From Alphaproteobacteria bacterium (GTDB lineage Bacteria > Pseudomonadota > Alphaproteobacteria > Rs-D84): a DNA stretch of 64,000 bases. The stretch spans positions 2,320 through 66,319 of the forward strand of contig JAFGMC010000011.1 in assembly GCA_016927735.1 (NCBI GenBank). The letters run 5' to 3'. Position numbers and translations under genes: made by a program. The notes under the pieces were generated by a model. It ran no database searches. It saw only the letters and a list, made by a program, of their open reading frames with translations, and was not told the origin of the DNA. Shown piece by piece: positions 1 to 8,546 of this stretch (the first letter of the stretch is position 1; each line of letters begins with the position of its first letter).

Positions 1-334
1 TAGACACCATATTACAGTTATGCTTATCAAACTCTTTCATCATGGTTTTAAAGTCATAAATACTACGCGACAATCGGTCAATTTTATAAACCAACACACA
101 TTGAATTTTCCCATCATGGATGTCAGATAACATTTCTTTTAAAGCGGGTCGCACCATTGTTCCACCAGAAAACGCAGCATCGCAGTAAGTCTTATAAAAT
201 TGCCAACCTTGGAACTGTTGCGACTGAATGTATGCCTTACAAGATTGTTCCTGATTATCCAAAGAATTGAATTGCTGGTCCAGACCATGTTCAGTCGATT
301 TACGCACATAAATAGCACAGTTAATTTGTTGCAT
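1..334 (-). CDS. Large serine recombinase, N-terminal resolvase/invertase catalytic domain (3' part lies beyond the left window edge)
   Basis: Absent from the ORF track because it runs off the edge. Reverse translation from the ATG at 334-332 gives MQQINCAIYVRKSTEHGLDQQFNSLDNQEQSCKAY...GGTMVRPALKEMLSDIHDGKIQCVLVYKIDRLSRSIYDFKTMMKEF. YVRKST and VYKIDRLSR are classic serine-recombinase motifs. An AAGGGGG SD lies just upstream. Confidence 0.85.
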   Translation of the reverse strand, partial: MQQINCAIYVRKSTEHGLDQQFNSLDNQEQSCKAYIQSQQFQGWQFYKTYCDAAFSGGTMVRPALKEMLSDIHDGKIQCVLVYKIDRLSRSIYDFKTMMKEFDKHNCNMVS

Positions 335-448
335 TTTACCCCCTTGGTCGTGTCCATTAGTGATTACAAAACTATGGAAGTCAAGTCATTAAAGTGCTTG
401 ATTTATAAGGCTTTGTAAGCATTAGTGTGTATGTAAAAAGGGGTAAAA

Positions 449-783
449 ATGGATAATAAAACAAACCGCGGATATTCGCAGCGTTTGGCGAAATATCGCC
501 AGCAATGCACAGAAACAGGTCAAAAGATAGAACATAAAAACATCACAAAATTGAATTCTTATGCACGTGATACAGACAATTGTATAGAACGCAGTAATAA
601 AAATAAATATCGCCTAAAACCTGGAACACAATTGATAAAAAATACAAAGGTAAACAAATTGTGGTGGATGTAATTTCAACGAATAAATTTGCATTCAACG
701 GCAAGGTCTATGACACATTATCAGCAATCAGTTCCGAGCTTACCGGATACAAAAACTCCGGCTATGATTTCTTTGGATTTTAG
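449..783 (+). pseudogene. DUF2924-like protein (usual partner of large serine recombinases), split by a frame change in an A6 run
   Basis: Frame 2 (449..673) reads ...KYRLKPGTQLIKNTK then stops. Frame 1 continues KYKGKQIVVDVISTNKFAFNGKVYDTLSAISSELTGYKNSGYDFFGF* (stop 781-783), which resembles the DUF2924 C-terminus (F-x-Y-x-G-x-x-Y-x-S-L-S-A-I-A-x-x-I-T-G-x-x-W-x-G-x-x-F-F-G). The frames switch at A6 (637-642). Confidence 0.55.
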
Positions 784-855
784 TAAAAATACTAAAAAAA
801 TATACGTTTTTATGGTAAAATTTGAATTAAATAAAAGATAATAGGTAACAAAGAT

Positions 856-2481
856 ATGCCAAAGATAACAAAGTTTTCTAAAACACAAGAGATTTTAGAT
901 ACTAATGATTGGGAAGGTTTGCGTCTTATAAACGAAAAATCGAAGACGACTAAATTGGTCGCTGATAAACTTTCTAAAATTGTAAAAAGATTACTTTCAA
1001 AGTCAGAAGGTCAATATAATATAGATGATTTTGAATTTTTGGTTACTGATGAAAAAGATACAAATGCTTTTTATATTTCTGATAGTAAAACTAAAAATAA
1101 TAAACATATTATTTCAGTTTCAAGTGAATTAATTAATTTTTGTAATAACGAAGATGAATTTGCGGGGATTATTGGCCACGAATTAGGGCATTTTGTTTAC
1201 GATAAACTATCAAAATCTGGACAAAATACTGTTTTCCAGGAACGTGGTTCAGACTTACATTCTGTAGATTTATTAATTGATGGTGGTTATGACCCACTTG
1301 CTTATGAAAATATAGCTGGACGACTTTTTTTAAGAAACAGAGGTAATATTCTTGAATCATTAGGCGTTCATGGAAGTAGTTTTGCACGTGTTGAAGATAT
1401 TCGCTCTTATTTAACATACTTAAAAAAAGAAAAAGGCGAATTTCAACAATCAAATAAGTTTGATGCAAGTAATTGGAAGTTATTTCAAAAACAATTTAAT
1501 GAATCTTTTACTTCAGATAAATTTCAGTCTTATTTGGATCAAAAAATTGGCAACTCAGATTTAAATCCTGAAAATTTAGGCAATTCTCTTAAAATCATTT
1601 TCGAAGAAATGAAATCTGGAAATATTGAAATATCGTCCAGGGTTTTAGATTTGAAATCAAAATTGGATTTATTTCATGAAAATAATAGAGATTATAATCC
1701 AAATAAAGAAATCGCAGATAAATTACAGAACATTGCAGAATTTATAATAAATAAAAATCCTGACAAGCAATTATTTGAAGTTCTGGATAGATTATACTGG
1801 ATAAACAATAAAAGTTTTTCTTTGTTTGGAGAATTTTTAGAAATAGCAGACGATATGCAAAAATTTATTGATGCAAAAAATATAACATATGCAGAAAATA
1901 TAGCAAAAAAATGGGATTCCCTTAAGATAAGTAAATTTCAACCATATAATCGTATTTTTGATTTTCCTTCTTTTATTATGCCACGCGAAGAGGAAGCCAT
2001 AGGCAAAGAATTGCCATACAAAAAACATAAAGAATGGTCGAATAACAACCAAGAAATTAAAAGATTCCTGAAAAATATATTCAGAATCACGGATGATACA
2101 TATTTAAATGATAACTATTTGACCCAAACCAAATGGCCTGATAATAAGTCGTATAATTATGTTTTGGGAGATGATGGCAATATATTTTTAACCGGTCAAG
2201 AGTCCATAGTTTATAGAAACAAAGAATCTGAAAAAAGTTCAATATTGTCTAATCAAAAGAAATCGAAAGAAAACCATATTAGATTTACAAATCAATTAGA
2301 TTTATTAAATGCCTTGGTTGATTTTGATAATGGTAATAAATCCGCAGCAGATTTTTGGAAAGTTTACAATTCTTATTATGAAAAGATAAATAACCAAATA
2401 ATAAATATGAACAAGAAGATTATAATTTGGCTATTAATTCCAAAGCATATGATAAATTTGCCCAAATACCAGAATCTTTAA
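856..2481 (+). CDS. M48-family-like zinc metallopeptidase domain protein with a long uncharacterised C-terminal region
   Basis: DTNAFYISD ... FAGIIGHELGHFVYDKL (HExxH) ... QERGSDLHSVDLLIDGGYDPLAY follows the M48 order (NAF, HELGH, E-x-x-x-D, GYDP). No signal peptide or TM segment was seen. The last ~25 codons look like out-of-frame sequence. Confidence 0.65.
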   Translation: MPKITKFSKTQEILDTNDWEGLRLINEKSKTTKLVADKLSKIVKRLLSKSEGQYNIDDFEFLVTDEKDTNAFYISDSKTKNNKHIISVSSELINFCNNEDEFAGIIGHELGHFVYDKLSKSGQNTVFQERGSDLHSVDLLIDGGYDPLAYENIAGRLFLRNRGNILESLGVHGSSFARVEDIRSYLTYLKKEKGEFQQSNKFDASNWKLFQKQFNESFTSDKFQSYLDQKIGNSDLNPENLGNSLKIIFEEMKSGNIEISSRVLDLKSKLDLFHENNRDYNPNKEIADKLQNIAEFIINKNPDKQLFEVLDRLYWINNKSFSLFGEFLEIADDMQKFIDAKNITYAENIAKKWDSLKISKFQPYNRIFDFPSFIMPREEEAIGKELPYKKHKEWSNNNQEIKRFLKNIFRITDDTYLNDNYLTQTKWPDNKSYNYVLGDDGNIFLTGQESIVYRNKESEKSSILSNQKKSKENHIRFTNQLDLLNALVDFDNGNKSAADFWKVYNSYYEKINNQIINMNKKIIIWLLIPKHMINLPKYQNL

Positions 2482-5400
2482 AATTAGCCTTAGAAGAAAC
2501 AAAAAAATATAACCATGATTATAGAGAAAATGAAGATATTACGTCTGTATTTTTAGATTCTGTTTTTAGAAGTGCAGCAAATATAAAATTTTTCAAGAAT
2601 ATTACAAATGTTTTATTAAAATTAATAGAACAAACAGAGGAAAAAGATGGGTTAAATAAAGCAGCATTAACCAAAGAATTATATGAACAAACAAGCTTTT
2701 CAATTTCTGGTAAAATTTATGAACATAGTATAAATTCATTAAAAGATTTGAGTAATGAAATTGTAAAGTTACAAGATGTATTATTGGATAAAATTCGTGA
2801 TAAATATACTGATTTTGTCGACATTGTCGGTTTCTTTTCTTCCGTTAATCGTAAAGAGATTGGACTAAAATATATCATAAATAAACAGTTAAGAAATAAT
2901 GAAGAAACCCTATTGTTGAATAGAATATTTAAGAAAACTGGTATTGAATATGCAAAAAGTCCAAAGCAATATGCGGATAATAAATTAAAACTAATTTATC
3001 AATTAAGACAATATAATCTGGATTTTTCAATTGGATATTACTTTGTAAAGTGTCTAAAACAGGATTTACCAATAATTGATGATTTGGAATATTTTTTCGA
3101 TTATCACAATAATGAACCATATATTTCAGATGAATCTTTTGAACAGGATGAACTAGCAAAATATATAAAAAGGCATAATTTATTTCCAAATTATAATTTT
3201 GGTAAAGCATTTAGAATTTATCAACACATGGAAAATCTTGGTTGGTTTTCAAAGAATGAATCAAATCAATCAGAACTTATTAATATTTTGATTAATAATA
3301 TAAAAAATATGAGTCGTGATGATAGGGAAAAATATTCTTTTATGTTAATAAGCGGTGTTTATGAAGATGAAAATAATATAAGAAAAAATGAAGATTTAAG
3401 ATTCCCAAATCAAAAAAATGAATTAATGAATATATTCATAGATTCTATTTATGAAAAACTTGGTAAGGATGACAGTTCTGAAAAATACAAAGAAAAAATA
3501 AACGGAATCATAAAAAGTTTAGAGAAAGAAATAGAAATAACTTCTTTTAAAGATCGAAGTATCTTAAGTAAACCAGATAAAGCAAAATTATTTAGATTAT
3601 TATCAGATAAAATTGTTTCCCAAGAAAAATTATCACAAATACTTGGGAAAAAAAGAGTTGTTGCTGTCGGAGATAAAGATGCTCAATCAAATGACCTTAA
3701 GGCTAGATTATTTGAAGGCTTTTTGGCATTTTTAGAACAAAGTAATAAGCGTTCTGTTGCTACTATTGAATTTTTAAATAGAAAATTAACACCTGAATCA
3801 ATGAATAAATTCAGAACAGATATAAATGATGGTAATGTATCAACTGATTTACAAGATAAGTATCTGAATACAGAATTCCTAGAGTTGGTTTATAATTCTT
3901 TCTGGACAGAAGATTTAGGATTTCGATCAATAGTTATGAATAAATTGCTGAATCGTGTATCAAGCAAATCAAAAGAAGAAGATAAAATAAAAGATCAGAT
4001 AGCATACGTTTGTGATATGCATTTTTCAAAAGAAGATAAATATCGTAAAGATGCCGAATTGATTTTTGAAACAGCAATAATGGCGTTTGAACCTTTTGAG
4101 CGAAGTTTAATATTGTCCGCAATTGCGTCGGCTGATGAAAATAAAGATTCAGAACATCAAAATGCTTCCAAAAGTGTTGGTGCGGGATTGCGAATGTTTT
4201 TTGAAAATATGGGTCCGGCATGGGTAAAATTTGGACAGCTTTTATCCTATGTTCCCGAATTACCATCGGAAATTCGGGAAGATTTGGGAAAATTAAAAGA
4301 CAAAGCAGATATTCCTCCAAGATGGGAACTGTTTGATTCTATTAAAAATACTCTACCTGATGAGTTACAAAAAAACATTATATCTGTGGATGAAATATTA
4401 GGGGCAGGGTCATTCTGGGTTACTGCAAAAATTAAATATGTGGATATAAAAACCGGAAATGTTCAGGACAAGGTTTTGTCTTTGTTGCGACCATATGCCT
4501 TAGAAAAATCGCGTTCTGGTTTTAAAGTTATTGAAAAAGCCGTAAGTGATATGGCAAGAAAAGATAAAAAATATAAATCATTACTAAAAGTAGCACAACA
4601 GGCCAAGTCATCGGCAGAATACGAAGTAGATGTTGTTCATGGTAATAAACAGTTTGAAAAGGCAAAAGAACTTTACGGTGATATATCAATTAATATAAAT
4701 GGTGAAAAATTTATCCCAAATGTTGCAAATTGGGAATATTATGGTGTTGGTAAAGATAAGGTCGGCTATAAAATAATGGAATTGGCCCGTGGTAAAACTT
4801 TGGACAAAGCTTCTGCATCTGCGGAAGAAAAAAGAAAAATGGCCTTGGCATATGTAACAATTGAGCTTACAAATTTGTTCAAAGGTGATGTTTGGGACAT
4901 TGATCGCCATATGGGGCAACAGAACTTTGAGAAAGTAAATCTGGGTTATAATGTAAATATTTACGATACTGGTGCACAGATGAAAAAAGCACCAAACAAA
5001 ACAGATAAGATATTGTTAGCTGAAGTTTTATATGGTCTGATACGTGCTGCCCGAACTGGTATACCGATGGACCAACAGATACTGAAGACAATCAAAAATA
5101 TGGATAAACTTGAAACATATTTGAAAGTTGACACAAATTATGTCGCAGATGTTCAAAAGGGTCTGCTGGCTTTGTCAGATATAATAGAATACCAGAAAGA
5201 AATAAAAGACAAAGATGGAAATATAATTCAAGAAAGATTGACTTTGTCAGAAGACGATTTAACAAATGCCATAGAGGCTGTTTACGAAAATCCATCGGCA
5301 GAAATAACTATAAAAATGTCATTGGCTGGCAAGGTGATGCTTAACAAATTAAGACCTTTGCGTAAGGGTTGGATTTCTTCTTTAAAAGAAGGCGTTAAGA

Positions 5401-5615
5401 AAAATTTGAAGAATCCTATAAAAATAGAACTGAAACCATTTATATCAGAAACTAATTCAGTTAATTTCGATAAACCAGAATCCGAGATATCAGATATTAT
5501 AAATAATGATAATTCAGAAAAAATATTGGGCATAAATAGAAAATATATAAAAAATCATTCGTCAGACATTACATTTGATAAACTGGTAGAACTAAAATCT
5601 TTGCAGATTGCATAA
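2427..5615 (+). CDS. Large protein with an ABC1/UbiB (ADCK)-type atypical kinase domain in its second half
   Basis: ENMGPAWVKFGQLLSYVPELPSEIREDLGKLKDKADIPP, ILGAGSFWVTAKIKY and VLSLLRPYA parallel the UbiB signature (LGPxFIKxGQxLSxRxDLLP...LQDxVPP, AAASIAQVH, VAVKVQRP). The track start is a TTG, and the first in-frame ATG is about codon 268, so the start is uncertain. Confidence 0.7.
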   Translation: MAINSKAYDKFAQIPESLKLALEETKKYNHDYRENEDITSVFLDSVFRSAANIKFFKNITNVLLKLIEQTEEKDGLNKAALTKELYEQTSFSISGKIYEHSINSLKDLSNEIVKLQDVLLDKIRDKYTDFVDIVGFFSSVNRKEIGLKYIINKQLRNNEETLLLNRIFKKTGIEYAKSPKQYADNKLKLIYQLRQYNLDFSIGYYFVKCLKQDLPIIDDLEYFFDYHNNEPYISDESFEQDELAKYIKRHNLFPNYNFGKAFRIYQHMENLGWFSKNESNQSELINILINNIKNMSRDDREKYSFMLISGVYEDENNIRKNEDLRFPNQKNELMNIFIDSIYEKLGKDDSSEKYKEKINGIIKSLEKEIEITSFKDRSILSKPDKAKLFRLLSDKIVSQEKLSQILGKKRVVAVGDKDAQSNDLKARLFEGFLAFLEQSNKRSVATIEFLNRKLTPESMNKFRTDINDGNVSTDLQDKYLNTEFLELVYNSFWTEDLGFRSIVMNKLLNRVSSKSKEEDKIKDQIAYVCDMHFSKEDKYRKDAELIFETAIMAFEPFERSLILSAIASADENKDSEHQNASKSVGAGLRMFFENMGPAWVKFGQLLSYVPELPSEIREDLGKLKDKADIPPRWELFDSIKNTLPDELQKNIISVDEILGAGSFWVTAKIKYVDIKTGNVQDKVLSLLRPYALEKSRSGFKVIEKAVSDMARKDKKYKSLLKVAQQAKSSAEYEVDVVHGNKQFEKAKELYGDISININGEKFIPNVANWEYYGVGKDKVGYKIMELARGKTLDKASASAEEKRKMALAYVTIELTNLFKGDVWDIDRHMGQQNFEKVNLGYNVNIYDTGAQMKKAPNKTDKILLAEVLYGLIRAARTGIPMDQQILKTIKNMDKLETYLKVDTNYVADVQKGLLALSDIIEYQKEIKDKDGNIIQERLTLSEDDLTNAIEAVYENPSAEITIKMSLAGKVMLNKLRPLRKGWISSLKEGVKKNLKNPIKIELKPFISETNSVNFDKPESEISDIINNDNSEKILGINRKYIKNHSSDITFDKLVELKSLQIA

Positions 5616-5669
5616 AAATTCATTGTTTTATTTAAAATTATAATTAATATAAAAGATAGGAGTTTAACC

Positions 5670-6407
5670 ATGAGAAGATTTTATACTTATCTGTTTGCAA
5701 TTATAATATCTTTATCTGGTAAAGCCGCGTTTGCGGAATCATATTTTCAGATGGAAACCGGAACGTACAAACCATCTAGAATGGAAGTTCAGATTCCTGA
5801 GCCGAGTAATTCACTTTTTGATATAGGTTCACTAACCGGAAATAAAAGTGAATATTTCTATCGTATAGAAGGAAGATACCAATTTGGGAATCATTCTATC
5901 ACAGCAATATATTCCCCACTTGTATACAAAAACAGCGCTGTTTTACCAAGTGATATAAAGTTCCAAAATAAAACCTTTGCTGCTGGTAATTTAACAGATT
6001 TTTCTTATCAGTTTAATTCGTATCGTATTGGGTACATGTATCAGTTTTATAACAAAGGAAGATGGACTCTTTCAACTGGTGTAACTGGAAAGATAAGAGA
6101 TGCAAAAATAGAAGTAAGACAAGGAAATACAATTAAAGAATCAAAATCAAACATAGGTTTTGTGCCACTCTTGGATTTTGAAGCGGTCTACAAAGTGACA
6201 GAAAAATTCAAATTACGATTTGATGTAGATGGTCTTGGTGGTGGACCAGGGTACGCAGTTGATGCAGCACTACAGGGGTTCTATGATATTTCTGATACTT
6301 TTTCTGTCTTGGGTGGATATCGTATACTGGATGGTGGCGCAGATACAGAAACATATACCTTTGCGACATTTCACTACTATACTCTTGGTCTACGTTATAC
6401 CTTTTAA
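5670..6407 (+). CDS. Outer-membrane beta-barrel protein
   Basis: Signal peptide MRRFYTYLFAIIISLSGKAAFA|E, alternating amphipathic strands, and a C-terminal YTLGLRYTF ending in Phe (OMP sorting signature). Confidence 0.7.
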   Translation: MRRFYTYLFAIIISLSGKAAFAESYFQMETGTYKPSRMEVQIPEPSNSLFDIGSLTGNKSEYFYRIEGRYQFGNHSITAIYSPLVYKNSAVLPSDIKFQNKTFAAGNLTDFSYQFNSYRIGYMYQFYNKGRWTLSTGVTGKIRDAKIEVRQGNTIKESKSNIGFVPLLDFEAVYKVTEKFKLRFDVDGLGGGPGYAVDAALQGFYDISDTFSVLGGYRILDGGADTETYTFATFHYYTLGLRYTF

Positions 6408-6622
6408 TAAATAAAGTTATTTAAACTTATTTTAAGTCGTAAAAGTTTTTGTTTGGCTTGGTGACGAAGGGTTTTATCGGTAGATTTTGCGTCTGCATAA
6501 AGTTTCATTATTTGTTGAATCATTATCACCATGTCTTGTTCATTTAATCTCTTTGGGCTACCATTTGAGTTCCCTGATTGCCCTGGCTTGAATCTTGTAT
6601 CTTTTGGTGGCGTTCTATACAT
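6404..6622 (-). CDS. Short DUF5681-like phage-related protein (possibly a truncated remnant)
   Basis: The N-terminus PPKDTRFKPGQSGNSNGSPKR matches the DUF5681 signature P-P-x-x-x-R-F-K-x-G-Q-S-G-N-P-x-G-R-P-K. At 72 aa it is much shorter than typical family members. Confidence 0.4.
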   Translation of the reverse strand: MYRTPPKDTRFKPGQSGNSNGSPKRLNEQDMVIMIQQIMKLYADAKSTDKTLRHQAKQKLLRLKISLNNFIY

Positions 6623-6801
6623 TTTGCAATCTTTTATTAATTAATTTTATTAATGCTCTTACAGCTTTTTAAATCAAGTTAATTTATATTTATATAAAAA
6701 TCCCAGAGTATTTTGGGAATTTTAGATTATGTTCTTTTAACAATAAGTTAATTCTATAAAGTCAATATTTTTGATAGTTATTTTTTATAAAATTGAATTT
6801 A

Positions 6802-6828
6802 TAAAAACCCAACTTTTGTTGGTTTTTT
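6802..6828. terminator. Intrinsic terminator (bidirectional) after the DsbD_2-like gene
   Basis: AAAAA-CCAAC-TTTT-GTTGG-TTTTTT hairpin flanked by an A-run and a T-run, about 40 nt beyond the stop at 6867. Confidence 0.55.
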
Positions 6829-6866
6829 AAATAATGTTTATATTTTTTATTAAAAATAAATATTTT

Positions 6867-7568
6867 TTAAATCCAACCCATAAACATTGCTATACCTAAA
6901 CTGAATATTATTAATCCAGAAATAAGATGTAATTTTTTTATATTTTTATCTTTCCATGATGATACATCTTCAACTTTACTGATACCATAATATACTAAAA
7001 ATGTAATTATTAACATAGGGGTAACAAATATAAAATTATATAAAAGCAAAGTTGGTAAAACTTTAATTATATCCATAGCTGATAATATTCCTCCCAAAAT
7101 TATGTATGGTCCAATTGTGCATGGTAATAAAAATAAAGTTACAAAAGTACCAACACTAAAAGCACCCAAAGGAGAAGTTATGTTTTCAATTACTTTTTTC
7201 AATTTTGGACGAAGTGAAAGTGGCATCTCGGTTCCAAAACTTCCAGCCTTGTAAGATATAAAATCTTTGATTTGCAATATTCCTATGAATACCGCCACGA
7301 ATCCCAATATCTTGTAAAGTATTAAACGAATCCCAGTGATTGCTTGAACCAATTGAAATGATTTAATAATTACAAGACCGTAAAATAAATACATCAAAAA
7401 AACAGAACAAGTAAAAGCAAGTCCTGCTAGGATAATATTTTTTCTATTTTTCGGGTTATATGTTATTATTGATATCAACATCATGGCTAAGACGGCCAAA
7501 GCACATGGGTTTATCGCGTCTACTAGTGCAAGTGATATGACTTTTGCTAAGTTAATTTCGTTTGGCAT
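6867..7568 (-). CDS. DsbD_2/CcdA-family thiol:disulfide electron-transfer membrane protein
   Basis: A polytopic membrane protein with two conserved Pro-Cys motifs inside TM segments (LVDAINPCALAVLAMML and LLPCTIGPYII), as in CcdA/DsbD-beta cores. Confidence 0.75.
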   Translation of the reverse strand: MPNEINLAKVISLALVDAINPCALAVLAMMLISIITYNPKNRKNIILAGLAFTCSVFLMYLFYGLVIIKSFQLVQAITGIRLILYKILGFVAVFIGILQIKDFISYKAGSFGTEMPLSLRPKLKKVIENITSPLGAFSVGTFVTLFLLPCTIGPYIILGGILSAMDIIKVLPTLLLYNFIFVTPMLIITFLVYYGISKVEDVSSWKDKNIKKLHLISGLIIFSLGIAMFMGWI

Positions 7569-7586
7569 TTTAATTTCCTTTTATTA

Positions 7587-8285
7587 TTAATTCCATTGTA
7601 AAATCCAACCATTAAACTCAACTGCTTGTTTAAATGTGATTTTGTCACCAGATAAATGAACATCTTTTGATTTTATTTTTTTTGCTTCTGTTGGTATAGA
7701 TTCAGTCAAGATAAATGATTTTATTTCTTGGTTTGCATTGGAATTAGTATCATTTTTTATAGCAATTTTATTTTTATACCAAATATTTGGCTTTCCTGGA
7801 ATTTTTGATAAATCAATATCTTCAAATTTATTTTTGTCTCCATTAGCCAAGGTTATACAATCGCCATTATTTTTAATAATGATATCAAGTTTATCAAGAA
7901 TTGATAGATCTCCAACGACAGATTTGTTATCACAATTTCCAGCTATAATAAGTGGAATTCCAAGTCCGGAATTAATAGAATTATTATATTCCATAAGTAA
8001 AGGTGCATTTTCATTTGTTTGATAAATTTCATATTCAACTATGATTATATTCTTATTAAACAAAGTTTCTTTTAATAAAACAGGATCGACTTTTGCACAA
8101 TGTGGACAACCAATACCTGTAAAATACACAAGTGATGTTATATCTGATTTCTCTGAAAAATCTGTATTTTCGTTTTTTTCAATTTCTTGCAATTTATTTA
8201 ATTTAGGTAAATCTTTTTTATAAAGAATAAAGATACTACCAAAGACTATAAACAAAATTAATATAATTCCCCAATTTTTATTCAT
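7587..8285 (-). CDS. Membrane-anchored thioredoxin-fold protein (CPHC active site)
   Basis: An N-terminal TM segment (WGIILILFIVFGSIFILY) followed by VYFTGIGCPHCAKVDPVL (CxxC after a beta-strand, thioredoxin/DsbA-like). It lies 18 nt upstream of the DsbD_2 gene on the same strand. Confidence 0.7.
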   Translation of the reverse strand: MNKNWGIILILFIVFGSIFILYKKDLPKLNKLQEIEKNENTDFSEKSDITSLVYFTGIGCPHCAKVDPVLLKETLFNKNIIIVEYEIYQTNENAPLLMEYNNSINSGLGIPLIIAGNCDNKSVVGDLSILDKLDIIIKNNGDCITLANGDKNKFEDIDLSKIPGKPNIWYKNKIAIKNDTNSNANQEIKSFILTESIPTEAKKIKSKDVHLSGDKITFKQAVEFNGWILQWN

Positions 8286-8368
8286 ATTTTTTCCTTTTTT
8301 AAACCTTTACCAAGACAAAGCAGAAGATTTTTTAATTCTTCTGCTTTTTATAAAGTTTAGTAAAATAT

Positions 8369-8545
8369 TTACTTATCAGTATTATTTGCTAATCTGTTAC
8401 GTCCAAAGAATCTACCTAATCCTTTGGCTCTTCCACAACAACGACCCGTGTTAATATCAACAGGTTTTGCTCCTTCGCAATTTCCCATATTTTTTCCTGT
8501 CTTAGGTCCTTGGTTCATTGGTCCTTTTCCATTATGTGCTGGCAT
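8369..8545 (-). CDS. DUF5320-like small Gly/Cys-rich protein
   Basis: From the internal ATG: MPAHNGKGPMNQGPKTGKNMGNCEG...GRCCGRAKGLGRFFGRNR resembles the DUF5320 pattern MPRGDGTGPMGxGPMTGRGxGxC. The start was moved to the ATG 1 nt after the DUF134 stop codon; the track start at 8602 would overlap DUF134. Confidence 0.6.
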   Translation of the reverse strand: MPAHNGKGPMNQGPKTGKNMGNCEGAKPVDINTGRCCGRAKGLGRFFGRNRLANNTDK

Positions 8546-8546
8546 T

